Below are positions 32,785-42,993 of a DNA stretch of 64,000 nucleotides, piece by piece (position 1 is the stretch's first letter; every line of letters starts with the position of its first letter). This DNA is from an uncultured Solirubrobacteraceae bacterium (GTDB lineage Bacteria; Actinomycetota; Thermoleophilia; Solirubrobacterales; Solirubrobacteraceae). Position numbers and translations under genes: made by a program. Location: positions 5,480 to 69,479 of the forward strand of contig CAVQNS010000002.1 in the NCBI GenBank assembly GCA_963714285.1, written 5' to 3'. The notes beneath the pieces are model-generated. The model was not told the origin of the DNA and searched no databases. It was given only the letters and a program-made list of their open reading frames with translations.

Positions 32785-34021
32785 TCAGTCGGCTCGAGCA
32801 ACCTCGAGCGTCTGCCCGGCGAGTCGCAGGCGCTCGACGAGCACGTCGCCCATCGCGACCGCGGGCGTCAGCACGCCCGCGCGCGGCGGCAGCCGCTCGC
32901 TCGTCGAACGCGAGGCACAGGCTGCTCTCCCCGAACATCACCGAGGTCGCCTTGTAGCCGGGGTCGCCCTGGGCGGCAAGGCGAGCGACGTAGCGCGCGC
33001 CGCTCGACGTGCGCGCATGGATCTCGATGCGGAAGAAGCCTCGCGTGCGCTGGCTCTCGCTCGGGCCCTCGCCGGGGGATGGCAGTACCCGGTCGAGTAC
33101 TGCCCGCGCAGGCCCGATCGACAGGCCCGCTGTGAGCGCGCCGACGCCGGCCGCGAGCGCGCCGGCCTGCAACGCGCCTGGCGGACCCGATCCGAAGCCC
33201 ATCACCTCCCGATAGCGAAACCGCGGTCCGTAGGCCCAGCCCTGCAAAGCGTTGCTGCGGCGCACCGCGCGCGTGTTGATCGAGCCCATGATGAACGGCC
33301 CCACCCAGATCTTGAGCTCGTTGTCGTACTGCACGCCGCGCAGGTCGCGCTCTGGGCCGAGCTTGGGCTCAGCGTCGCGGTCGGGGCTCAGGGCATACGG
33401 GTCCGCCAGCACGCGCGCGAGCTCACGGTTTGCACGTCCATCGTCGACTGTGCCCTTCAGCGACGCGATCGTGCCGCCGCTCGCCCCGCCCTTCATCGCG
33501 CGCACGACGAGCGTCGTGTCCTCGAGCTCGCCGGTGCCGTCAGCGGCTACCGTCTCGTGCAGCAGCAGCACGCCGAGATCGGAGGGGATCGAGTCAAAGC
33601 CGCAGCTGTGCACGATCCGCGCGCCGCTGTCCGTCGCGACGGTGTTGAATCGGTCGATCGCGTCGCGCATGAACAGAACCTCGCCGGTCAGATCCGCGTA
33701 GTGCGTGCCTGCCCGTGCGCACGCCTCGAGCAGCGCCAGCCCGTAGCGGCGGTACGGACCGACCGTCGTCCCCACCACACGTGCGGCGCCGGCGAGCTCC
33801 CTCAACGACCGCTCGTCGGCGGCGTCGGCTGCCAGCAGCGGCCAGCCGGCGGCGCGGCCGCCGAGCGTAGCCTGCAGGTCGCTTAGCCGTGCAAGCGAAC
33901 GGCCGGCCAACCCGATCCGCGCCTGCGGCGGCGCTGCGTGCAAGAGGTACTCGGCACACAGCCGCCCAACGAAGCTCGTCGCGCCGAAAAGGACAACGTC
34001 GAGTTCGCGCTCGCTGCTCAC
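32785..34021 (-). CDS. Saccharopine dehydrogenase-like / trans-acting enoyl reductase (frameshift near 32900)
   Basis: Motifs GATSFVG, VGPYRRYG, YADLTGE, CGFDSIPSD and GDPGY. Confidence 0.88.
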
Positions 34022-34054
34022 AGGCGGATACTACGTGCCGCGAGACGAGGAGCA

Positions 34055-34096
34055 CACGACAAGCAGGCGCTCAACTTCCGGCTGCTGGCCGCATAG
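34055..34096 (+). pseudogene. Internal remnant of an older bcp copy
   Basis: Reads HDKQALNFRLLAA* versus HDKERLNFALLAD in the intact bcp. Confidence 0.65.
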
Positions 34097-34125
34097 CCGA
34101 CGTCAACCTCAGCCCATACTGTCTG

Positions 34126-34596
34126 TCAAGGTCGGCGTAGCGTCTTGAGCGCCTTCAGTACCAGCTCGTCGTGCTGGGAGGGCTTGACCTTGCGCAGTAC
34201 CTCGGCAACCTTCCCGCCAGGATCGATGATGAAGGTCGTCCGCTCGTTGCCACGATAGGAGCGCCCATACATGCTCTTGGTGACCCATACTCCGTAGGCC
34301 TCCGCAACAGCGTGGTCCTGATCGGCTAGAAGGGCAAAGTTCAGCCTCTCCTTGTCGTGGAACTTCTTGACCTTGGCGGCAGGATCCGGTGAGAGTCCCA
34401 GCACTACAGCGTCTGTCCGCTCGTAGTCGGCGCGATGATCACGAACACCGCACGCCTGAGTCGCACATCCCGGAGTGCCGGCCTTCGGGTAGAAGTAGAC
34501 CACGACGGGATGGCCGCGGAAGTCGGAAAGCTTGACAGTACGGCCGTTCTGGTCGGGAAGCTCGAACTCGGGGGCGAAGTCTCCTTGACCGATCAC
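34126..34596 (-). CDS. bcp: Peroxiredoxin BCP
   Basis: Motifs VYFYPKAGTPGCATQAC and RTTFIID; TACGCT 7 nt before the GTG. Confidence 0.93.
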   Translation of the reverse strand: MIGQGDFAPEFELPDQNGRTVKLSDFRGHPVVVYFYPKAGTPGCATQACGVRDHRADYERTDAVVLGLSPDPAAKVKKFHDKERLNFALLADQDHAVAEAYGVWVTKSMYGRSYRGNERTTFIIDPGGKVAEVLRKVKPSQHDELVLKALKTLRRP

Positions 34597-34639
34597 GCCG
34601 GGAAGCGTAGCGACGAGCGCCTCGGGGCGGACGCCCGTC

Positions 34640-34789
34640 GGCAACGAGCGCACGACGTTGGTGATCGGACCCGATGTTCGTGATCGGACCCGATGGGTCG
34701 TAGCTGGCTTGCTGCGCAAGGTCAAGCCCGCCGCGCACGACGAGCTCGTGCTGAAGGCGCTGCGAGAGCTTGATTTCCAAGCGGCATAG
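34640..34789 (+). pseudogene. 3' remnant of an older bcp copy with an internal 19-bp duplication
   Basis: Reads GNERTTLVIGPD...LRKVKPAAHDELVLKALRE versus GNERTTFIIDPG...LRKVKPSQHDELVLKALK. GTGATCGGACCCGATG occurs at 34661 and 34680. Confidence 0.8.
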
Positions 34790-34958
34790 GCATCGCCCGC
34801 TGGGGGCGACCATGATCAGTTCCAGGTAAATGAGCCTTCTCCCGTTTCTATCTACTCGGTAAGACGCAAGGTTTGGAATGAACGGTACGATTAGGCTTAA
34901 GTCAAAGATCGATCGGCGCGTGTCCCTTTAGGAGTCCACGTGGTGGTGCCTGGCGAGC

Positions 34959-35588
34959 ATGTCTTGGAGGAGCGGGGGCGGATACCGCAGGCAGCGCCGT
35001 GCTGCGCTCGCAAGTCGCTTGCGCGGTGCTCGGCTTGGTGATCGAGAAGCCGAGCCATGGCTACGAGATCGGGCAGCGCTTCGACCGGCGCTTCGGGGGC
35101 TTTCTGAGCGTAGGGCGCTCCTCGATCTACGCAGCTCTCGCGAGCCTGATGGATGCCGGGCTGATCGAGAAGATGGCGGGCCGCTCGACGACGGGCGTCA
35201 GCCGGGGAGCCAAGGCGGGCGCGTCCTACCGGGCTACCGCACCGGGCGCACGCGCCTATAGAGAGTGGCTGGCCGAGCGCGTTCGCAACGATCCCGCAGC
35301 GTGTGGAGATGCTGGGACGGATGACGCTCGCGGGGGTGCACAGCGTCGAGGCGGCACTCGACTTCATCGGTCGCTATGAGCGTGAATGCGTCCGCGAAGC
35401 GCAGGAGCTCTCGCGCGCCCGAGTCGACGCGGGCGCTGGCGAGCGGCCGGCATCTCGGGCGTCGTCGAGCGGCTGCTGATCGAGGAGCGCCGACGGATGA
35501 TCGACGCGCAGCTGGGGTGGATCAGCTACGCGCGTGCCGAGCTCCGCGCACGCGCGAGCCGGCGCGCCCGTGGATGGGTGATCGATGA
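34959..35588 (+). CDS. PadR family transcriptional regulator (frameshifted)
   Basis: AVLGLVIEKPSHGYEI...SIYAAL..L...GLI...Y..T..G winged HTH, plus a C-terminal helical region ending in AQLGW. Ends approximate. Confidence 0.8.
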
Positions 35589-36313
35589 CGAGCCTGCTGT
35601 CGATCGAGCATGTGACGAAGCGCTATCGGCGCGGCAGGCTGGAGCGCGTGGCAGTCAGAGACGTTTCGCTCGATCTCGAGCCGGGCGAGCTCGTGGTCGT
35701 GTGGGGCGCTCGTTTCTCCGGCCGCAGCACACTGCTGCGCGTCGCCGCCGGTATCGAGGCGCCCGACGAGGGCACGGTCGTCATTCGAAGGGCGTGACCT
35801 GGGTCGTGCTCGCAACAAGCTTCTGGGCAGACGGATCGGCTATTGCCAGACCGGCTTCTCGGCGGGCTCGCGCGGACTCGTCGTCGAGCACGTCGCCGCC
35901 GGACTGCTCGCCCAGCGCACATCGCCGAAGCAGGCGTGGCGGCGCGGGCAGGAGATGCTCTTCCACGTCGGCGCCGAGAGCTGCGCGCGACTTGAGTGTC
36001 ACGAGCTGGACGGCGCCGAGCTCGTGCGCGTGGCGATCGCATGCGCGCTGATCACCGCGCCCTGCGCTGCTCGTGATCGACGAGCCGACGAGCGGTGTCG
36101 ACCTGCTCCAGCGCGACCCGCTGCTCGCACTGCTGCGCTCGCTCGCCGACGATGGCATCGGCGGTGCTGATGAGCACAGGCGACGCTCAGGGCCTGTCGG
36201 GAGCGGATCGCGCGCTGACGATCGACAACGGCGAGCTGCAGGGAGAACCGGAGCCCGTGCAGGCGCACGTGGTGCCGCTGCGCCGAGCGGAGTCGGGAGC
36301 ACGACGGCGGTGA
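35585..36313 (+). CDS. Degenerate ABC ATP-binding protein (frameshifted)
   Basis: Walker A GARFSGRST, signature LDGAE, Walker B LVIDEPT, and H-loop replaced by STG. Confidence 0.8.
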
Positions 36314-37062
36314 GCGCCCGTGAGCGGGGCGCCGTGCTCGAGTTGGATGCGGTCGTCAAGCACTACCAGGGCTTCGGCGGCGAGGTGGTCCGCGCGGTCG
36401 ACGGCCTCAGCCTGACCATCGGCCCAGGGGAGATCGTCGCGCCTGCACGGTCCCAGCGGCTCCGGGTAAGAGCACGCTGCTGATGCTCGCCGCTGCGCTG
36501 ATGGCTCCCGACGCCGGCGTGATTCGCTTCGAAGGTCGCAGATCTCGCGACGCTCTCATCAGGCGAGGCCGCTGACTACCAGCGGCGCCAGATCGGGTTC
36601 GTCTACCAGTCCTTTCACCTGATGGCCGGAGTGCCGGCACTGGAGAATGCGGCGATCAAGCTGCTGGCGGATCGAGTTCCGCTGAGGCAGGCGCGCCGGG
36701 CGGCGAGCGGGTGGCTCGAGCGCGTCGGGCTCGAGGCACGCTTGAACCACACACCCGACCAGCTATCCGGCGGTGAGCGCCAGCGGGTAGCGATCGCACG
36801 GGCGCTCGTCAACGAGCCCCGGCTGATCCTCGCCGACGAGCCGACCGGCAGTCTCGACACCAAACGCGGCGGAGAAGTCCTGGCGCTGCTCGCGGACATC
36901 GCTCGTCAGCAGCAGGCCGCGATACTGCTCGTGACCCACGACTCGCAGGCTGCCGCGATCGCAGACCGGGTGTGCACGCTGCGCGACGGCAAGCTCGTCG
37001 TCGACCGCCCGGCGCTTGCTCCGCCTACACGAGCCCCCGAGCGACGGCGGGCTTGGGGCTGA
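36310..37062 (+). CDS. ABC ATP-binding protein, MacB/LolD type (frameshifted)
   Basis: Walker A GPSGSG-KST (split by an indel), [21 protein letters not shown] and VTHD. Confidence 0.88.
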
Positions 37063-37066
37063 GCGG

Positions 37067-39625
37067 GTGCGGTTCTCCGGCCTGCTCTACCTGTACGGCA
37101 GGCGGCTGCGCACTCGCCCGGTCCAGGAGCTGCTCGCCGGGCTCGGCATCGCGATCGGCGTGGCGCTCGTGTTCGCAGTCCAGGTGGCCAATAGCAGCAT
37201 CACCGACTCGTCGAGTGCGATCGTCCGCGGCGTCGCCGGCAGTGCAAGCTTGCAGTTGCGCTCGCGCGATGCGGACGGCTTTGACCAGCGGCTGCTGAAG
37301 CGCGTCGAACATCTACCCGGCGTCGAGCAGGCGGCGCCGATCCTCGACGAGAACGCGTCACTCGTCGGCCCCGGTGATCGCCGCGTGGCAATCGATCTCG
37401 CGAGCGCGGCCCCCAGTCTGCTTGCCCTCAACGGCAGCATCACCCGCAACATCTCGATCCGCGGCGGCCCGTCGGAGCCCGGGCTGCTCGTGCCGAGCGC
37501 AACCGCGCACGCGCTCGGGCTGTCCTCGCCGATCCAGCCGCTCAACGGAGCACTGCCTCGTGTCACGCTCGAAGTTCGCGGTCGCGCAAGCCGGGTGCCG
37601 GTCCTCGCGGCGCTCGGGCCGGAAACGATTGGAGCCCTCTCCGGCGCGATGGCCGCGATCGGAGCGTTGTGGTTCGTGCAGAAGCTCACCGGGCTCTCGG
37701 GGCGGGTGACCCGCATCCTCGTCACGACCAGGCCCGGTCAGCGCGCGAGAGTCCGACGAGAGCTAAGCAGCCTGGCGGGCGGACGCCTGACGGTGGCCGC
37801 CGCCGACCAGGACGTCGCCCTGCTCAAACAGGCTGTCACGCCCAACACGAAGGCGACCGGGTTCTTCGTGCTGGTCAGCGGGATCGTGGGTCTGCTGTTG
37901 GCGTTCAACGCGATGCTGCTGACCGTGCCCGAGCGTCGTCGCACGATGGCCGATCTGCGGATGCAGGGTATGCGCCCCGGCCAGTTGTCGAGGATGCTGC
38001 TGTTCCAGGCGATCTGCCTGGGCGTCGTCGCCTCGCTGTTCGGGCTGGCGGTCGGCGACTTCCTGTCGCGGACGATCTTCCACGCCACCCCGAGCTATCT
38101 GTCGGCCGCGTTCGCGTTGGGGACGCAGACGGTGATCGGGTTGCGTCCACTGCTCGTGTCCTTTGGCGGGGGAGTGCTGGCGACATGCCTCGCCGCAGCG
38201 CCGCCGCTTTTGGACCTGCGGCGCAGGCGTGCCGTGGACGCGGTGTACTTCGAGGACGGCGAACCCGGCCAGGCGTTGGACAGCCGCGCGCAGCTGCGGC
38301 TGTTCGGAGCCGGCGCTGGGTTGATCGTGGTGACCAGCGGACCACTGCTGCTGTGGCCTTCGGCGATCGTGCCCGCGACGATCGGGCTGGCGATCGCGAC
38401 GTTGCTCGCGATCCCGTTCGCCTTCCAGCTCGTCGTGCGACTCGCTGAACACGTAGCGTCCGTCTCCGCGCGGCTGAACATGCTCACGGTCGCTGTGCGT
38501 GCGCTGCGCGCCACAACCGTGCGCTCGCTGGCGCTGGCCGCCACGGGCGCGATCGCGGTCTTTGGCTGCGTGGTCGCCGAAGACTCCCACAACGACCTGC
38601 TCCACGGTCTCTACCGCGACTACTCCGAATATGTGTCGACGGCCAACCTGTGGGTCGTCAACCACGATGACGACCTCGCCACCAGCGGCTTCGTCGCCGG
38701 GCATCTACCGGCGCGCATCGCGGCTGTGCCGGGCGTCTCCAGCGTGCGCGTCTACCAAGGCGGGTTCCTGGACTTCGACGGTCGACGCGTCTGGATCATC
38801 GCCCGCACTCCCAGCGCCCCGGCGCCGATCCCCGCGAGCCAGCTGCAGGAAGGAAGCCTCGCCACGGCTACCGCGCGCCTGCGCCACGGAGGCTGGATCA
38901 CAGTCTCCCAGCAGCTCGCCGAAGCGCATCACGTGTCCGTCGGCGATCCGCTCACGCTGCCTACACCCACCGGCCCGGTGACCTACCGCGTCGCGGCCAC
39001 GACCACCAACCTCGGCTGGAGCGCCGGCGCGATCGTGCTGAGCAGCTCCGACTACCGGCGCGCGTGGGCATCCTCGGACGCGAGCGCCCTGGAAGTGAGC
39101 ACGCGGCCCGGAGCCGACGTTCCAGCGGTCCGGCAAGCCGTCGAGGGGCTGCTTGGCCCCCCGAGCGCGCTGATGGTCCAAACCAGCGGCGAACGAGCCG
39201 CGCAGGCAGACGCGCTCGCTCGCCAAGGACTCAGTCGCATGAGCCAGATCACGCTGCTGTTGATGGTCGCGGCGGCACTCGCGATGGCCGCGGCCATCGG
39301 AGCAGGGATCTGGCAGCGCCGCGCATCGCTGGCATCGCTGCGCATTCACAGCTTCAGCCCGTGGCAGCTGCGTGGGGTGCTCACCTGCGAGTCGATCCTC
39401 GTGCTCGGCACGGGCGGCCTCGCGGGTGCGGCGGCGGGTATCTACGGACATCTATTGTGCGATCGCTACCTCAGGCTCACGACGGGGTTCCCGGCGCCGT
39501 TCGCCGTCGAAGGCATCCACACGATTCAGACGATCCTGCTGATCGTGATCGGGGCGCTCGCTGTGCTCGCGATCCCGGGATATATGGCCTCGCAGGTCTC
39601 TCCGCAGCTCGCGCTACAAGACTAG
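37067..39625 (+). CDS. FtsX/MacB-like ABC permease (two repeats)
   Basis: About 850 aa; GIAIGVAL N-terminal TM, two large extracytoplasmic loops, ERRR.MA.LR..G motif. Confidence 0.88.
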   Translation: MRFSGLLYLYGRRLRTRPVQELLAGLGIAIGVALVFAVQVANSSITDSSSAIVRGVAGSASLQLRSRDADGFDQRLLKRVEHLPGVEQAAPILDENASLVGPGDRRVAIDLASAAPSLLALNGSITRNISIRGGPSEPGLLVPSATAHALGLSSPIQPLNGALPRVTLEVRGRASRVPVLAALGPETIGALSGAMAAIGALWFVQKLTGLSGRVTRILVTTRPGQRARVRRELSSLAGGRLTVAAADQDVALLKQAVTPNTKATGFFVLVSGIVGLLLAFNAMLLTVPERRRTMADLRMQGMRPGQLSRMLLFQAICLGVVASLFGLAVGDFLSRTIFHATPSYLSAAFALGTQTVIGLRPLLVSFGGGVLATCLAAAPPLLDLRRRRAVDAVYFEDGEPGQALDSRAQLRLFGAGAGLIVVTSGPLLLWPSAIVPATIGLAIATLLAIPFAFQLVVRLAEHVASVSARLNMLTVAVRALRATTVRSLALAATGAIAVFGCVVAEDSHNDLLHGLYRDYSEYVSTANLWVVNHDDDLATSGFVAGHLPARIAAVPGVSSVRVYQGGFLDFDGRRVWIIARTPSAPAPIPASQLQEGSLATATARLRHGGWITVSQQLAEAHHVSVGDPLTLPTPTGPVTYRVAATTTNLGWSAGAIVLSSSDYRRAWASSDASALEVSTRPGADVPAVRQAVEGLLGPPSALMVQTSGERAAQADALARQGLSRMSQITLLLMVAAALAMAAAIGAGIWQRRASLASLRIHSFSPWQLRGVLTCESILVLGTGGLAGAAAGIYGHLLCDRYLRLTTGFPAPFAVEGIHTIQTILLIVIGALAVLAIPGYMASQVSPQLALQD

Positions 39626-39633
39626 AACATTTG

Positions 39634-39651
39634 ATTTCAATAGCTAGAAAT
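39634..39651. promoter_or_regulatory. Candidate operator upstream of the DUF2600 gene
   Basis: ATTTC-N8-GAAAT inverted repeat in an AT-rich spacer. Confidence 0.35.
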
Positions 39652-39670
39652 ATGGCTCTCAGGCGCCAGC

Positions 39671-40760
39671 ATGTGTGCTATGAGACCGAAAAGTACGTCC
39701 TACCCGCACGAGATAATCGCGCTCATGACCGCTGGTGTGGTCTATTGGCTGACGATCTATCCCCGCGCCCGGCTGGAGATACGTCGTTGGCGACGCTGTG
39801 CACAGCGGATTCCCGACGGGACTCTGCGCGCCCAGGCGCTCTACAAGCTGACCCATGAGCGCCTGAACCCAGAGGCGGCTGCCTTCTTCGCGGTGCTGGC
39901 GCCGCGGCGGCACAGGCGCGCACTCGTGCGCCTGATGGTGGACTTCCAGATCGCCTACGACTATCTCGATGCGATCAACGAGGATCCGACGACAGCGCCG
40001 TTGCGCAACGGCCTGCAGCCTGCATCGCGCGTTGACCGACGCCGTAAGCTCGCAAACGCCTGACGCCGACTACTACCTGCACCATCCGCAGCATGATGAC
40101 GGCGGCTATCTCGTCGGTCTGATCCGCGCCTGCCGTACGGTGCTGCAAACGCTCCCGTCGGCGCGCCGCGCTCGAGCCACTGCTGGTGCACGCCGCTGAA
40201 CGTTGCGGCGAGGCCCAGAGCCGCAACCATGCGGTTCTGGTCGAAGGCCCGCAGCAGTTGATCGAATGGGCCGCGGCCCAAGAGGACACAGGCGAGTACC
40301 TGTGGTGGGAGCTGGCCGCCGCGGGCATCTCCTGCCTCTCGCTCCATGCGCTGTTCGCGGCCGCCGCCTGCGCGACGACGTTGGCCGAGGCCGAGCGCAT
40401 CGACACGGCCTACTACCCGCCGATCTGCGCGATCAGCGCACTACTGGACAGCTTGGTCGACCACGACGACGATGCTGGCGGAACGCAATCACAGCTTCGT
40501 TGGCCACTACCCGAGCTCCGGCTTCACCGCGGAGCGCTTCGCGGCCATCACTAGCCGAAGCACGCGAGCTCTCGAGCGTGCTTGCCAACCACCGTCGCCA
40601 CGCGGTCATCCTCGCCGGGATCGCCAGCTTCTACCTCTCAGCCCCTGGGGCGCGCAGCGAGCTCGCCCGGCCTGCCGCATGGCGTACGCTCGCCTGTCTC
40701 GGGCCCTCCAGCGTTCCGATCCTCGCTGTGATGCGCCTGCGACGTCGAACTGCCGGGTGA
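39671..40760 (+). CDS. Tetraprenyl-beta-curcumene synthase family (YtpB/DUF2600) protein (frameshifted)
   Basis: Stitched frames give FQIAYDYLD, LHRAL.DA, DYY...DDGGYL, WWELAAAG and LLDSLVDHDDD, recognised as YtpB-family Asp-rich motifs. Confidence 0.8.
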
Positions 40761-40817
40761 CAGAGCGCGCCCCCCTGCGTTGCGTGCCGCAGGTTCTCTC
40801 TGGGTCAGCGCGTTCGC

Positions 40818-41270
40818 TCAAAGCGGCAGCCGGTACTTACGTGTCGCCGGATCCTGCACGAGCAGTCCAAATGCGACGAGCGTGGTCATGTAACGGTGGG
40901 TCGTGCTCGGGCTCAGCCCCAACTGTCGTGCGACTTCCACGACACCCCTGCCTTCTTCGCCGGAGATGAACAGCGCGAGTATCAGCAATCCCCGGAACAG
41001 CGAGTGCGATAGGCGCCCGCTCTCCAGCTCGGTGCAGTAGCGCTCTTCGAGCGACCCCTCAGAGATCGCCTGCTCGGTTATGAGCCCGGACAGCAGCAGG
41101 CTGAGGCTCGGCCCACGCGCATCGGCGGTTGCGCGGATGACTCCCTCGATCTGGGCCTCTGTCAGCTCCAGACACACCAGATCCTCGCGTGCGCGACTCG
41201 TCGCGTGGCTCGAGCTGTCGCTCTTCCCGTTCAGGCCCGCTCGAGCCTTGGTGGCATCCTCGACGATCAT
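40818..41270 (-). CDS. HTH protein with a C-terminal IclR-type DNA-binding domain and no effector domain
   Basis: SLFRGLLIL...GVVEVARQLGLSPSTTHRYMTTLVAFGLLVQDPATRKYRL. Confidence 0.8.
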   Translation of the reverse strand: MIVEDATKARAGLNGKSDSSSHATSRAREDLVCLELTEAQIEGVIRATADARGPSLSLLLSGLITEQAISEGSLEERYCTELESGRLSHSLFRGLLILALFISGEEGRGVVEVARQLGLSPSTTHRYMTTLVAFGLLVQDPATRKYRLPL

Positions 41271-41319
41271 CGTGCATAAAGATCATGGCGGCTGACCCGC
41301 GGCACGATAAGGCGCACCT

Positions 41320-41345
41320 TGAATATTCAGGCGATGGACTATTCA
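41320..41345. promoter_or_regulatory. Candidate operator in the divergent region upstream of the IclR-like gene
   Basis: Perfect palindrome TGAATATTCA (41320-41329) and a second TATTCA at 41340-41345. Confidence 0.4.
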
Positions 41346-41367
41346 CGGAGCCGATATCGTCCCGTCG

Positions 41368-42004
41368 ATGCAGCCCGAACAGCAGCAGCGCGCCGACGAG
41401 CAGGACTGGCGGATGCAGGCAGAGCTCGAGGTCCCCGAGGCCGGCGGCGCCTTGCACGAGCTGATCGGGCGCCTGCGCGGGCCCGACATGGTCAAGGAGA
41501 TCGAAGCGCGCGTCCCTCACGACGTGGTGATCACGCACGACGGCAAGCTGCTGTTCGCCTACGCCGCCGAGCAGGCAACGCTCGCGGCGGCCCGCGGCGC
41601 GATCGAGGACGTTCTCGCCGGCGATGGGATTCAGGCGAACGTGCGTGTCAGCTACTGGGACGACGAGGGCGAAAAGTGGCGCCAAACCGACCCGCCGCTG
41701 ACCGCCGCGGAGCAACAGAGCGAGGCCGCGACGGAGCGCGACGCGAACGCGACCGAGACGCGCACGCTGGTCGTCAGCTCCGGCAGGATGATCCGCGCGG
41801 AATTTGAGCAGAGCATCCGCGAATGGGCTGAGAGGCTGGAGCTGCAGTGCTCGATAGTCGAGCACCCGCACCTGCTCACGACCCAGCTGGCGTTTCACGG
41901 TCACCGGCCCGAAGCACAAGATCGACGAGTTCGCGCGTGGCCTGCGCGCCGAGGAGCTGGCGACGATCCGCACCGAGGGCGCGGTCATGATCAGCCCGCT
42001 GTAG
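41368..42004 (+). CDS. Hypothetical protein (frameshift near 41895)
   Basis: Acidic ORF with host-like codon usage; continues as TVTGPKHKIDEFARGL...ISPL*. TATCGT lies 7 nt before the ATG. Confidence 0.7.
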
Positions 42005-42906
42005 CAGCTTCCTGCGCGGCCGGCCGGGCCATCCCGCCGACGAGCATCCCCGAGCCGAGGTGCGCGCCGAGGACCGGGCCGACCTCAGTGCAGAACAGCG
42101 GCGGGAAGCCGAACAAAACGGTTCCTTCGGTGACGAGTCGCTCTGCATCGGCGGCTGCCTGGGCATGCTGGACGATCCAGTCGGTGGCTCCTCGCTCATG
42201 CAGCTCGTGCAGGTAGGCGGCCATCCGCTCGAGCGCGCGGCGGTGCGTGCGGACGCGTCCAACGGGTGCGATCTCGGTCCCGAACGTGAGGATCGGCTTG
42301 ATCTTCAGGGCGGTTCCGACCAGCGCCTGCGCCGCGCCGATACGCCCACCGCGGCGCAGGTACTCGAGCGTGTCGAGACAGAACCAGATGTCGAGGCTTT
42401 CGCGTCCCTGGCGCACACCTTCGAGGATCTTCGCCAGCGGCTCGCGCCGCTCGGCGAGGCTCGCGGCCAGTGCCACGAGACAGCCGAGGCCGCCGGCTCC
42501 GGTTTCGCTGTCGAGCACCTCGACGCTGCCCGGAGATGCCCTCGTCGGCGAGGATCCGAGCCGCTTCGCGAGCACTCTCGCAGGTGCCCGACAGGCCGGC
42601 GGCGATGTGGATCGAGAGCACGTCGCAGCCGGCCTGCAGCAGCGGCCGGTAGCAGGACAGGAAGTCGCCGACCGACGGCTGCGATGTCGTCGGCAGCTGC
42701 GGCGACGCGGCCAGCTTCGCGTAGAACGCGTCGAGGTCGCGATAGTCGTGCTCGGGGCGTAGATCCCCGCCCCAGCCGACGTACAGGCTGACCTGATGAA
42801 CCCCGAGATCGTCGATCAGCGACTGCGGAAGATATGGGGTGCTGTCGGTGACAACCGCCACGCGGCGGCCCGTCGGGGCTGACTCGGTGCTCGCTTCGCT
42901 GCCCAT
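41991..42906 (-). CDS. DegV family fatty-acid-binding protein (frameshift near 42535)
   Basis: Motifs VVTDST, PTTSQPS, LSGT, YLRRGGRIG, KIKPIL and GAHLG. Confidence 0.9.
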
Positions 42907-42923
42907 GAGCTGGGAAGCCTACG

Positions 42924-42986
42924 GCCTTCGGCGCCTGCCTTGTCTTGTGTTGTCTTGGTTCGCCGGCGCCGCGCCTTCGGCGCCTG
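42924..42986. repeat. Short intergenic direct repeats
   Basis: GCCTTCGGCGCCTG at 42924 and 42973, with TTGTCTTG twice in between. Confidence 0.6.
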
Positions 42987-42993
42987 TCCGGCT

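Noticed and set aside
31670-32785. 783-aa version of the saccharopine dehydrogenase-like ORF
   Set aside because: Frameshift read-through into the antisense strand of the Fpg/Nei gene.
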